Below, piece after piece: positions 8,158 through 16,285 of a stretch of 57,854 nt of DNA (positions within the stretch are counted from its first letter, which is position 1; each line of letters starts with the position of its first letter). Location of the stretch: positions 1-57,854 of the forward strand of contig JACPNL010000009.1 in the NCBI GenBank assembly GCA_016185505.1. The letters are read 5' to 3'. A program made the translations under genes and the position numbers. The notes under the pieces were generated by a model that did no database searches, was not told the origin of the DNA, and saw only the letters and a list, made by a program, of their open reading frames with translations. This DNA is from Candidatus Yanofskybacteria bacterium. Its GTDB lineage: Bacteria > Patescibacteriota > Minisyncoccia > 2-02-FULL-40-12 > GWA2-44-9.

Positions 8158-9024
8158 ATGGCCAGACGATGGGGAAAGCCCAAATCAGTTGATTGGAGAG
8201 GACAGCCGTCTTCTCCGACATCATTTTGTATCTTTCCAATAAAAGACGAGGCGTTCTCTCCGGAGTTGAAGATATTTCTAGTTTATAACCGCGCCGATAA
8301 AGGCAGAAATAAGCCCTTGGACGAACTTTTGGGCTTTGGTGCTAGACAGGGCGGCATAAAAAAGGGCAAGCCGGCCGCCTACGGAATGCCCGGGGGCGGG
8401 CAAAATCCGGAATGGCTCGAGACCACTGAAGGCGCCGCCATTAGAGAGGGTGGTAATGAGAGCGGGATAAGGGTCACTAGGGCTCGTTTGATCCCTATTC
8501 CGGAGAAGAAAAACAAGGCCCTGATATTGGACAAGAAAACCGACGAACGGACTCGTCCAGAGATAATGTATGCCGATGGGCAACAAGTTCACGTCGAACT
8601 GATGCCGAACGAGAAACTTCTCTTAAACCCAATGAATTATTATCTCGCCGACGTTGACTGGTTCAATTCAAGGGTCAGAGAATTCCTTGTTGGTCTTAAG
8701 AACGACCTTATCGCCGAAGGCAAATGTACGGCGGAAGACATCGCCCAATTCGGGATAAGTATTAATACCCTTGCACGAGAAGAGCTTCTTGCTCTCGGAG
8801 TTGACGAGGAAGAGGTGGGCAAGAAAGATGAGCCCGAAGAATTATGTGAAATCGGCGGGTTCGCCCTTCTGCCGGTAAGTTTGCTCCGGTGGATGTGGGA
8901 GAACAAACGATTCTACTTGAATCCCGAAGAAGACCGAGAAAATCCGCTAGAACCGACTACGTATGTATATTACAGCCACGTCAAACGAATCCTGGAAGGT
9001 CTCGATATCATGGGCGTTGCATAG
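8158..9024 (+). CDS. hypothetical protein with degenerate Nudix-like box, 288 aa (island cassette 4)
   Basis: GGGQNPE-WLETTEGAAI-REGGNESGI resembles GX5EX7REUXEEXGU, but with a 10-residue spacer and N in place of the first catalytic E. Strong RBS. Confidence 0.4.
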   Translation: MARRWGKPKSVDWRGQPSSPTSFCIFPIKDEAFSPELKIFLVYNRADKGRNKPLDELLGFGARQGGIKKGKPAAYGMPGGGQNPEWLETTEGAAIREGGNESGIRVTRARLIPIPEKKNKALILDKKTDERTRPEIMYADGQQVHVELMPNEKLLLNPMNYYLADVDWFNSRVREFLVGLKNDLIAEGKCTAEDIAQFGISINTLAREELLALGVDEEEVGKKDEPEELCEIGGFALLPVSLLRWMWENKRFYLNPEEDRENPLEPTTYVYYSHVKRILEGLDIMGVA

Positions 9025-9046
9025 TCCGATCACTTTTTATATAGGC

Positions 9047-9072
9047 GAGGGGCTCGCAGCGCCCCTTTTTTT
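9047..9072 (+). terminator. Rho-independent terminator
   Basis: gaggggc-tcgcagc-gcccct stem followed by a T7 run. Confidence 0.75.
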
Positions 9073-9106
9073 AACAAACTAAGTTGTGATAAGATAGGAC
9101 ATTAAT

Positions 9107-10912
9107 ATGAAAGTAGCCCTAAAATACATTCTAATCATTTTTGTTTCGCTACTAGTACTGGCGGCTTTTGTATCTTTGTTCCAGTCGCCGGACAAAACAG
9201 TTGTTCCCCTTTCGGAATTAGTGAGTAAAATAAACGCCGGAGAGGTAGAGAGTATTACAGTCAAAGAGGACTTGCTTGAAATCAAACTCGCCGGCGGCGA
9301 ATTATTGGAGACAAAGAAAGAAACTTCTGTCTCCGCTTTTGAAACACTCGCCAACCTGGGCGCCGAACAGGATAAACTTTCGGCCGTTTCGGTTGAGGTA
9401 AAAGACGCCAGCGGATTTGCAGTAATTGTCAGATCAGTACTGCCGATTGTTCTGCCTTTTCTTTTAATATTACTCATCTTTTGGTTTATGTTCTCAAAGG
9501 CCCAACAGGGTTCAATGCAGGCGCTGTCTTTCGGCAAATCAAAAGCGCGGTTGGCAAACTTGGACGGCAAAAAGAAAGTTATGTTCAAAGACGTAGCCGG
9601 ACTGATAGAGGCCAAGGAAGAAATATCTGAAGTGGTTGAATTTTTGAAAGATCCGCAGAAATTCCACAAGCTCGGCGCAAGAATACCGCGAGGTATTATG
9701 CTTGTTGGTTCTCCGGGAACAGGCAAAACACTCCTTGCCAAAGCTGTCGCCAATGAGGCCAACGTCCCCTTTTATTTCGTCTCCGGTTCGGAATTCGTGG
9801 AGATGTTTGTCGGCGTAGGCGCCTCGAGAGTAAAAGACACCTTCGAACTAGCAAAGAAAACCGCTCCGTCAATAATTTTTGTTGACGAAATAGACGCAGT
9901 CGGCAGACACCGAGGCGCCGGTCTTGGCGGAGGCCATGACGAAAGAGAACAAACTTTGAACCAAATACTGGTTGAGATGGACGGTTTTGACACCAAAGAC
10001 AGCGTAATTATTATGGCGGCAACTAACCGTCCGGATATATTGGATCCCGCGCTTCTGCGTCCGGGCCGTTTTGACAGAAGAGTGATACTGGACGAGCCGT
10101 CAATGAGCGACAGAGAAGCGATACTGAAAATCCACGCGCTTGAAAAACCCCTTGCTAAAGAAGTCAACTTAAAAGTGGTGGCCGAAAGAACGCCCGGATT
10201 CTCCGGAGCCGATCTGGCAAACCTAGTTAACGAAGCGGCGATACTGGCCGCCAGAAAAAATCAGAGAGAGGTAAGGCAAATCGATCTGTTCCAATCAATA
10301 GAAAAAGTTATTCTGGGTCCCGAGAGGCGAAGCCATATTTTATCTAAAAAAGAAAAAGAGATAACCGCATACCATGAGGCCGGACACGCTCTAGTCGCCG
10401 TATCGCTTCCCCACTCCGATCCGGTACACAAGGTTTCTATTGTATCTCGGGGACGAGCGGGTGGATACACCTTGAAGTTGCCGAGCGAAGACAAACACAT
10501 GAGGTCTAAGGCAGAGTTTGAATCAGAACTAGCTGTGCTTCTTGGCGGCTACGCCGCCGAGAAAAGCATATTCAAAGACACAACTACTGGAGCAACTAAC
10601 GATCTGAAAGTTGCCTCTGACCTTGCTCGAAAGATGGTCACTCAATTCGGCATGTCGGACAAACTTGGCCCAATAACCTATGGGGAGAAAGACGAGCTGG
10701 TGTTTCTCGGCAAAGAAATGGGCCACACCAAAAATTACTCTGAAACAATCGCTTTTCAAATTGACAGCGAAGTTAAAAAACTGGTATCAAAGGGCTTGGC
10801 AACAGCCAAGAAAGTGCTCACTCAAAAATTAGAAACTCTCCATAAGATAGCCAGGGAACTCATAACCAAAGAAACTCTCGAGCAGAAGGAATTCTACGCA
10901 CTGGTGGGCTAG
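9107..10912 (+). CDS. ftsH: ATP-dependent zinc metalloprotease FtsH
   Basis: N-terminal TM helix, Walker A GSPGTGKT, second region of homology, HEAGH zinc motif. Confidence 0.95.
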   Translation: MKVALKYILIIFVSLLVLAAFVSLFQSPDKTVVPLSELVSKINAGEVESITVKEDLLEIKLAGGELLETKKETSVSAFETLANLGAEQDKLSAVSVEVKDASGFAVIVRSVLPIVLPFLLILLIFWFMFSKAQQGSMQALSFGKSKARLANLDGKKKVMFKDVAGLIEAKEEISEVVEFLKDPQKFHKLGARIPRGIMLVGSPGTGKTLLAKAVANEANVPFYFVSGSEFVEMFVGVGASRVKDTFELAKKTAPSIIFVDEIDAVGRHRGAGLGGGHDEREQTLNQILVEMDGFDTKDSVIIMAATNRPDILDPALLRPGRFDRRVILDEPSMSDREAILKIHALEKPLAKEVNLKVVAERTPGFSGADLANLVNEAAILAARKNQREVRQIDLFQSIEKVILGPERRSHILSKKEKEITAYHEAGHALVAVSLPHSDPVHKVSIVSRGRAGGYTLKLPSEDKHMRSKAEFESELAVLLGGYAAEKSIFKDTTTGATNDLKVASDLARKMVTQFGMSDKLGPITYGEKDELVFLGKEMGHTKNYSETIAFQIDSEVKKLVSKGLATAKKVLTQKLETLHKIARELITKETLEQKEFYALVG

Positions 10913-11084
10913 AAGTTAGGAATTAGGAATTAGAAAGTTAGCCAAAAAAGTTGTCGTATTTATACTACGATCGTGAAATAAACACGATTCAGCGCTCCCC
11001 CGTCGTTTCCGCTTTACGCCCGCCTCGCTATAGTAAGCAGGAGTAGAAATTAACCCCATAAAATGCTAGCATAACAGATAAATT

Positions 11085-11156
11085 GGGCCTGTAGTTTAAC
11101 GGTCAAAACGGGATTCTTATAAAATTCAGAAGATGGTTCGACTCCATCCAGGCCCA
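11085..11156 (+). tRNA. tRNA-Ile (anticodon UAU)
   Basis: Cloverleaf GGGCCTG/CAGGCCC, D stem GTTT/AAAC, anticodon stem GGATT/AATTC with loop CTTATAA, T arm GATGG-TTCGACT-CCATC. Confidence 0.75.
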
Positions 11157-11191
11157 CTGCTTCGCTAAAGCTTCACAGTGCAAAGCGCGTT

Positions 11192-11263
11192 GGGCGATTA
11201 GCTCAGTGGTAGAGCGTCTCGTTTACACCGAGAAGGCCGGGGGCTCAATCCCTCCATCGCCCA
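11192..11263 (+). tRNA. tRNA-Val (anticodon UAC)
   Basis: GGGCGAT/ATCGCCC acceptor, GCTC/GAGC D stem, loop TTTACAC. The T loop is CTCAATC (non-canonical). Confidence 0.8.
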
Positions 11264-11267
11264 CTAT

Positions 11268-11731
11268 ATGCCGCACATTCACGAAAAGATTGACTTTACT
11301 GTAAGTGTTTTGTTGTACACAAAAATCGTGTCTTACTGAGGAAACACGATAAATATGCAATTTGGATAGGAGTCGGCGGTCATATAGAGTTAGAGGAAGA
11401 CCCCAACCAAGCCGCCCTAAGGGAGGTCAAAGAAGAAGTGGGGCTTGAAGTAACCTTAATCGGTAGCAAACCCGTTGGTGAACATCCTGGCAAAGCAGTA
11501 AACCTTATACCGCCAGAATTTATAAATAGACATTTTGTTGAAGAAAAACACGAACATATAGATTTAATATATTTCGCAACTTCAGTCACAGATAACGTCA
11601 TTCCTGAACACGGTAATGATGAGTGGGCTTGGCTTTCAAAAGATGAATTAGAAGATCCAAAATATAGCTTGAGTGAAACAATGAAACTATACGCAAAAAC
11701 TGCGCTTACTAAAGTAAATAAGAAATCTTAA
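11268..11731 (+). pseudogene. Nudix hydrolase interrupted by a -1 frame change at an A5 run
   Basis: ATG 11268 opens MPHIHEKIDFTVSVLLYTK and then reaches a stop at 11337. The -1 frame continues NRVLLRKHDKYAIWIGVGGHIELEEDPNQAALREVKEEVGL (canonical Nudix box) through to 11731. That frame has no start codon before the Nudix box. Confidence 0.7.
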
Positions 11732-11734
11732 ACT

Positions 11735-12079
11735 ATGGGAGAACTAAAAGAATTTAAGCCAAAACCCTTCGACGCGACTCCGAGCAAGCCGGAAAAACCG
11801 GCCAGAGTTATCGGCGACGTTGAATCGGCAAGAAAGAAAAAACAGCCGTATGAAGCAAAGATAGACACGAGCTCAGTGTTAGCCGACGCTCTTGAGCTTG
11901 TCCGAGAAGGCCAGCTTACAGACGAAAAAATTGATGAACTTATCACAATTACAGAAAACGAAAAAACACTTTTAAAAGTTGTATCTGGACTATTTGAACG
12001 GTTAAGAACATACGACGAGGAAGTTGAAGAACTTCGCGCTTTAATTAAAAAGTTAGAAGAGAAAGATGCCTCAAAATAA
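11735..12079 (+). CDS. hypothetical coiled-coil protein, 114 aa
   Basis: ORF track entry; charged, helical-looking sequence. It is tightly packed with its neighbours, and its stop overlaps the next start. Confidence 0.5.
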   Translation: MGELKEFKPKPFDATPSKPEKPARVIGDVESARKKKQPYEAKIDTSSVLADALELVREGQLTDEKIDELITITENEKTLLKVVSGLFERLRTYDEEVEELRALIKKLEEKDASK

Positions 12080-12807
12080 TGAATACGAACATCAACATCA
12101 GCTACGAAGATGAAAATCTGCTGATCTTAAACAAGCCCGCCGGTATGATAACCCACCCCAAGAATATCAGTGATAAACAAGATAGCATCACTGGCTGGCT
12201 GGTAGAAAAATTCCCTGATATTAAGAATATCGGCGAACCGTTCATTGCTTCTGGAAGCGAAGTCCCCCGCACCGGCGTAGTCCATCGCCTGGACAAAGAT
12301 ACTTCGGGATTACTGCTCGTTGCCAAGAACGATAAGGCGTTTTTTTATTTAAAAAAACTATTTCAGGATAGAAAGATAAGGAAATATTATCTAGCCCTAG
12401 TGAACGGCAGACCCAAAAAACCGAAGGACACTATCTCCTCTCCTCTCGGCCGAATAGGATTAAAGAGGACGACAAAAATAATCGGGGACAAATTGATAGA
12501 CAAAAAAGAAGCCGAGACGGAATATCGAACCGTTAAAAACTATAAAGATTATACTCTCTTGGAAGTCCTCCCGAAGACGGGCCGAACCCATCAAATAAGA
12601 GTACATCTCAACTCTATCGGCACTCCTGTGGCCGGGGACATTATTTACGGTTTCAGGAAAGCCGCTACTCCGCTTGGTCTTGGTCGCCTTTTTCTTCACG
12701 CTTACAAACTTGAGTTTGTCAGTTTGAGTGGCGAGAAATTAGTTATTGAGGCCGACCTACCTCAAGACCTACAAGGGGTCTTGTTTGAGCTTGCCCAGTC
12801 ACCGTAA
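12079..12807 (+). CDS. RluA-family pseudouridine synthase
   Basis: Catalytic motif VVHRLDKDTSGLLLVAKN, C-terminal HQIRVH. Confidence 0.85.
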   Translation: MNTNINISYEDENLLILNKPAGMITHPKNISDKQDSITGWLVEKFPDIKNIGEPFIASGSEVPRTGVVHRLDKDTSGLLLVAKNDKAFFYLKKLFQDRKIRKYYLALVNGRPKKPKDTISSPLGRIGLKRTTKIIGDKLIDKKEAETEYRTVKNYKDYTLLEVLPKTGRTHQIRVHLNSIGTPVAGDIIYGFRKAATPLGLGRLFLHAYKLEFVSLSGEKLVIEADLPQDLQGVLFELAQSP

Positions 12808-12954
12808 AAGCAGTTTTTAGTTATCGTAGATTTCTGCTTTTTCTGGTGCTGGGTTGCAAAACGCGCTAAATATGCTAAGCTGACTCACTACCTACAACTT
12901 ACAACCTACAACATTTTTGTCATTAGTTGTTAGTCGTTTGTCGTTAGTTAAGGA

Positions 12955-13305
12955 ATGGACAAGCTTACATTATTCAACCAAAACAATTCCGGACAAAATC
13001 CTTACCCTGACCTCAAATCGGGGTGGACGGTTAAGGTCTATCAGAAGATAAAAGAGGGCGACAAGTCCCGAGTTCAGGCGTTTGAGGGCATCATTATCGC
13101 CAGAAAACACGGCAACGAACCCGGAGGAACAATAACCGTAAGAAAGGTCTCGGGCGGCATTGGAGTCGAGAAAACCTTCCCGCTTCGTCTGCCTACCATC
13201 ACCAAGATAGAAGTTGTAAAGAAGGTCGGCACCAGAAAATCAAAACTCTACTACTTGAGAGAGAAATCCGCCAGAGAAACAAGGAAGAAAATGAAGGCGG
13301 CTTAA
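12955..13305 (+). CDS. rplS: 50S ribosomal protein L19
   Basis: FEGIIIARKHGNEPGGTITVRKVSGGIGVEKTFPL is typical of L19. Confidence 0.9.
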   Translation: MDKLTLFNQNNSGQNPYPDLKSGWTVKVYQKIKEGDKSRVQAFEGIIIARKHGNEPGGTITVRKVSGGIGVEKTFPLRLPTITKIEVVKKVGTRKSKLYYLREKSARETRKKMKAA

Positions 13306-13312
13306 GCCATTC

Positions 13313-13399
13313 GCGCGGGTGCTGAAACTAGAAGACAGGCCAGCTTGAGGTGCTGGTGTCCGCAAGGACGTGCAGGTGCAATTCCTGTCCCGCGCACCA
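13313..13399 (+). tRNA. tRNA-Leu (anticodon GAG), class II with long variable arm, CCA encoded
   Basis: GCGCGGG/CCCGCGC acceptor, TG-CTG-AAACTAGAAGA-CAG D arm, CCAGC-TTGAGGT-GCTGG, variable arm TGTCC-GCAA-GGACGT, T arm GCAGG-TGCAATT-CCTGT, then A-CCA. Confidence 0.8.
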
Positions 13400-13401
13400 G
13401 C

Positions 13402-13478
13402 GGGCGCGTAGCTCAATTGGCTAGAGCACTTTCTTGACGTGAAAGGGGTTCCCAGTTCGAGTCTGGGCGCGCCCACCA
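13402..13478 (+). tRNA. tRNA-Val (anticodon GAC), CCA encoded
   Basis: GGGCGCG/CGCGCCC, GCTC/GAGC, CTTTC-TTGACGT-GAAAG, CCCAG-TTCGAGT-CTGGG, then A-CCA. Confidence 0.9.
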
Positions 13479-13482
13479 CCAC

Positions 13483-13510
13483 AAAAAAATCAGCAACTGC
13501 TGATTTTTTT
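13483..13510. terminator. bidirectional A-run / hairpin / T-run terminator between convergent tRNA genes
   Basis: aaaaaaatcagc-aact-gctgattttttt. Confidence 0.75.
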
Positions 13511-13518
13511 GTGGAATG

Positions 13519-13883
13519 TGCCGCGGGGGTGAATCGAACACCCAACGCCATCCTCTTCCAAGGATAAATTTGGACTATATCATCACCCCGTGATTGCGGA
13601 GCAATTTTACGGGGGGTCGGGCGCTTCGAACGTAAAGTAGAAAAACTACCACGTCCTACTCCCTTTCGGGATAGTCTCTACACCTGCCTACGCCAATGCT
13701 ACGGCAGGCAAGCCTTCCTCTTTTGTTTGAGAATAAGCTTGCTTGCAATCCGAAGCTTTAGCGAAGGATTGGCTCGGGATTGTCCTTGCGGAGTTTCCCC
13801 GAATTCACCCAATTTTTCAATCCGCCTTACGACGGAAAGCCCCAAAGATTTAGGGATGCGCTCTACCATTGAGCTACCGCGGC
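13519..13883 (-). tRNA. tRNA-Phe (anticodon GAA) interrupted in the anticodon loop by a group I intron
   Basis: 5' exon 13883-13852: GCCGCGG TA GCTC AATGGTA GAGC G CATCC CT. 3' exon 13558-13519: GAAGA GGATG GCGTT GGGTG TTCGATT CACCC CCGCGGC A. Joined, they give a canonical 72-nt cloverleaf. Confidence 0.8.
13559..13851 (-). ncRNA. group I intron (~293 nt, IC3-like)
   Basis: P1 hairpin CCCU^AA-AUCU-UUGGGG has a U.G pair at the splice site. R-like element GGUGUAGAGACUAU (plus-strand coordinates 13671-13687). S-like element GAUAUAGUCC (13567-13585). A terminal G lies just before the 3' exon. Confidence 0.8.
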
Positions 13884-14019
13884 AATACTAACTTAGAGAT
13901 AATAGCATTTTAAAACGGATTTTTCAACCTTATCTTTACATCAAATGAGTTATCCCCACCCACTTGTCCACATTTCGATTTTAAAACTGAACCAACGTGC
14001 TATACTTATAGGTATAGCT

Positions 14020-14706
14020 ATGAGAAACGATAAATTTAAGGCCTACAAACTAAGGATGGCGGGACGAAGTTATACTGAAATTAATCGTCTTTTAAACGTG
14101 CCGAAAAGCACTCTGTCAGGATGGTTTTCAACCTTGGACATTCCCCCGGAAGCAAAAGAAAGAATAAGCAAGAGAGTATATGAAAAGTCAGTTCTTGCTC
14201 TTGTCAAAAGGAATAAACAACAAACTGAACAGGCACAAATAAGAGCCCGAGAAACAAGAGCTCTCGCGATAAAAGAAGTTGGTTCTTTAAGTAATAGAGA
14301 TCTTTTCATTGCGGGTATTTCTTTATATTGGGCAGAAGGGCATAAGAAACCGATCTATTTAAATGGTAAAGTAAGAACTCACCATCCCATATCCTTAACA
14401 AATTCTGACCCAAAAATGGTAGCCCTGTTCATGAGATTTTTACGTGAAGTTTGTAGTGTTAAGGATGATAAAATATCTGTGGGCATCAGGTTTTTTGAAC
14501 ATCAGGATCCAGTATACCTATTGGATTTTTGGCAAAAAATTGTTAGGATACCCTCTAGCAGATTCCAAAAGGTTCTACAAACAATTAGTATCTCCAGCAA
14601 AAGGATTAGACCTTTTAACTCTCTCCCTTTTGGTGTTGTTCAGATTAGAGTTGGAGATACTCCTCTCTTCCATAAAATAATGGGTTGGATAGACGGGATG
14701 AGTTAA
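14020..14706 (+). CDS. LAGLIDADG-like homing endonuclease with N-terminal HTH (free-standing)
   Basis: YTEINRLLNVPKSTLSGW looks like an HTH. LFIAGISLYWAEGHK resembles a single LAGLIDADG motif. The start is set at ATG 14020 (the track ORF begins at 13945). Confidence 0.55.
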   Translation: MRNDKFKAYKLRMAGRSYTEINRLLNVPKSTLSGWFSTLDIPPEAKERISKRVYEKSVLALVKRNKQQTEQAQIRARETRALAIKEVGSLSNRDLFIAGISLYWAEGHKKPIYLNGKVRTHHPISLTNSDPKMVALFMRFLREVCSVKDDKISVGIRFFEHQDPVYLLDFWQKIVRIPSSRFQKVLQTISISSKRIRPFNSLPFGVVQIRVGDTPLFHKIMGWIDGMS

Positions 14707-14715
14707 GAATCTTCT

Positions 14716-14786
14716 GCGGGTGTATCACAGTGGTAGTGAACCGGCTTGCCAAGCCGGGTACGAGGGTTCGATCCCCTTCACCCGCT
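14716..14786 (+). tRNA. tRNA-Gly (anticodon GCC)
   Basis: GCGGGTG/CACCCGC, CCGGC-TTGCCAA-GCCGG, GAGGG-TTCGATC-CCCTT. Confidence 0.9.
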
Positions 14787-14872
14787 CAAAAATTGCCGCA
14801 AATTTTGTCCTGCGAAGCTTTACGCGAAGCAGGGCTTCCCAAGACGTGTTTATTATCAACATATTCTCAAGA

Positions 14873-15304
14873 ATGCACAGAGCGATAAGACACAAGGTTA
14901 CTACCCAAGAACCCGGCCTTTATGTTTCTCTCGCTTTTCCGATAGCAGTGGTTTTTTTAATCACATTCACTCTTGCCCGGTTTGTAAGTTTAGTAGCGCC
15001 GGGACTTAGTATTACAATTGCCGATATTCATATCCATCACTTCGTTTGGGGGATATCCGTGCTGGCGATCTCCGGATATCTGGCTCTTATCTTTAGCGGA
15101 CCGCGAGCCAAATTTCTCATTTCTCTTCTATACGGCCTCGGGCTCGGTCTGGCATTTGATGAATTCGCTTTTTGGCTCAAGCTAACCGATGACGATATCG
15201 CCCGCTGGAGCTACGATGGATTCTTTGTTGTTTTGGGTCTTATTTTTTTAATAATTTCGGCAAAACCGGGGGTAAAAATGCTTAAAAAATTGTGGCCTTT
15301 TTAG
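14873..15304 (+). CDS. hypothetical polytopic membrane protein
   Basis: First ATG after tRNA-Gly (the track ORF runs through the tRNA). Four hydrophobic segments. Confidence 0.55.
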   Translation: MHRAIRHKVTTQEPGLYVSLAFPIAVVFLITFTLARFVSLVAPGLSITIADIHIHHFVWGISVLAISGYLALIFSGPRAKFLISLLYGLGLGLAFDEFAFWLKLTDDDIARWSYDGFFVVLGLIFLIISAKPGVKMLKKLWPF

Positions 15305-15317
15305 GCAAAATGGGGGC

Positions 15318-15346
15318 TTGCAATTTTGACCCAGATCTGCTATACT
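15318..15346 (+). promoter_or_regulatory. sigma70-type promoter
   Basis: TTGCAA, 17-nt spacer, TATACT. It is followed by a ~170-nt hairpin-rich leader. Confidence 0.55.
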
Positions 15347-15519
15347 TATAGCATAACCTGAAGAGTGTGGTAAATGGCTTGATAGGCCGTTTTTTAGTGT
15401 CCCGATTCTGTTTAACACGTGGTGTTAAGTACAGAATCGAGGATTCTCGATTTGTCCAATTTTTGGACAAATCGGAACCTAAAACGCCATTTTATCCTGT
15501 ACTTTATGGGGTTAAAACT

Positions 15520-16095
15520 ATGTTTAAAAAACTAGCGATAACAGGAGTTCTTTTTACGGCTATTTTGGTACCGGTCTATTCAGCCGATGCGGCCCTATTC
15601 AATTGGCTATATAGCGCTACCGGCAATTCGTTCATCGTTGGGTCTGATTCTTCCATAGGAAGAGCGCTTGACAAAGTGAGCGATAAAAACATGGGGATAA
15701 AAGAAGAGGATGCAAGCGAAACACAAAGTTATGATTTTGAGGGTTGGTTGGTTAACGAGAACATTCCCGCGCCTCCTTTTAACAAGTACTCCAGCGCTCC
15801 GGCAAAAGAAATATTTACCGTCATGGCTACCGCCTACTCCTCTACGCCGGACCAAACCGACGACACGCCGTTCGTTACCGCCCGAAACACTCGCGTTAGA
15901 GATGGGCTCGCGGCCGCCAACTTCTTGCCTTTCGGAACCGAGTTCAGAATACCAGACCTGTACGGTAACAAGGTATTCGTTGTCGAAGATAGGATGCACA
16001 AAAGATACTGGCGCCGAGTAGACATCTGGTTCCCGGAAAGGCAGATGGCCAAAGAATTCGGGGTCAAACAGATCCGGATTGAGATCGTCTCCTGA
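15520..16095 (+). CDS. secreted 3D-domain (MltA/RlpA-like) cell-wall protein
   Basis: Signal peptide MFKKLAITGVLFTAILVPVYSADA. C-terminus ATAYSSTPDQTDDTPFVTA..VEDRMHKRY..VDIWF is typical of the 3D domain. Confidence 0.7.
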   Translation: MFKKLAITGVLFTAILVPVYSADAALFNWLYSATGNSFIVGSDSSIGRALDKVSDKNMGIKEEDASETQSYDFEGWLVNENIPAPPFNKYSSAPAKEIFTVMATAYSSTPDQTDDTPFVTARNTRVRDGLAAANFLPFGTEFRIPDLYGNKVFVVEDRMHKRYWRRVDIWFPERQMAKEFGVKQIRIEIVS

Positions 16096-16184
16096 AACCC
16101 CGGAAACCCCAGCACCAGAGCAAAGCACGGTGCGGGGCACAGCACGAAAGGAACGGAGGGCACAGAAGAACGTCAAGGTACATA

Positions 16185-16216
16185 AACCTAAAACCCGCTT
16201 AAGCGGGTTTTAGGTT
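16185..16216. terminator. perfect 14-bp hairpin aacctaaaacccgc-ttaa-gcgggttttaggtt
   Basis: Read directly. It lies between convergent genes. Confidence 0.65.
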
Positions 16217-16285
16217 AACGAATTGTGGGAGGATACTGGAACGGAAATAAACAAAAAGCACGAGGTTATCGCGCTTTATTAATTA

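Noticed and set aside
9079-9762. 227-aa minus-strand ORF, and similar long antisense ORFs inside ftsH, nusA, tig, rpsA, the VirB6-like gene and others.
   Set aside because: They are opposite-strand shadows of well-supported conserved genes.
13240-13551. 103-aa minus-strand ORF.
   Set aside because: It lies entirely over tRNA-Leu, tRNA-Val and the 3' exon of tRNA-Phe, so it is an artefact.
15347-15519. Considered a cyclic-di-AMP (ydaO-type) riboswitch, because 3D-domain cell-wall genes often carry one.
   Set aside because: I could not find the pseudo-symmetric conserved cores. The leader is just two or three hairpins, including the dispersed atcgaggat(t/c)ctcgat palindrome.
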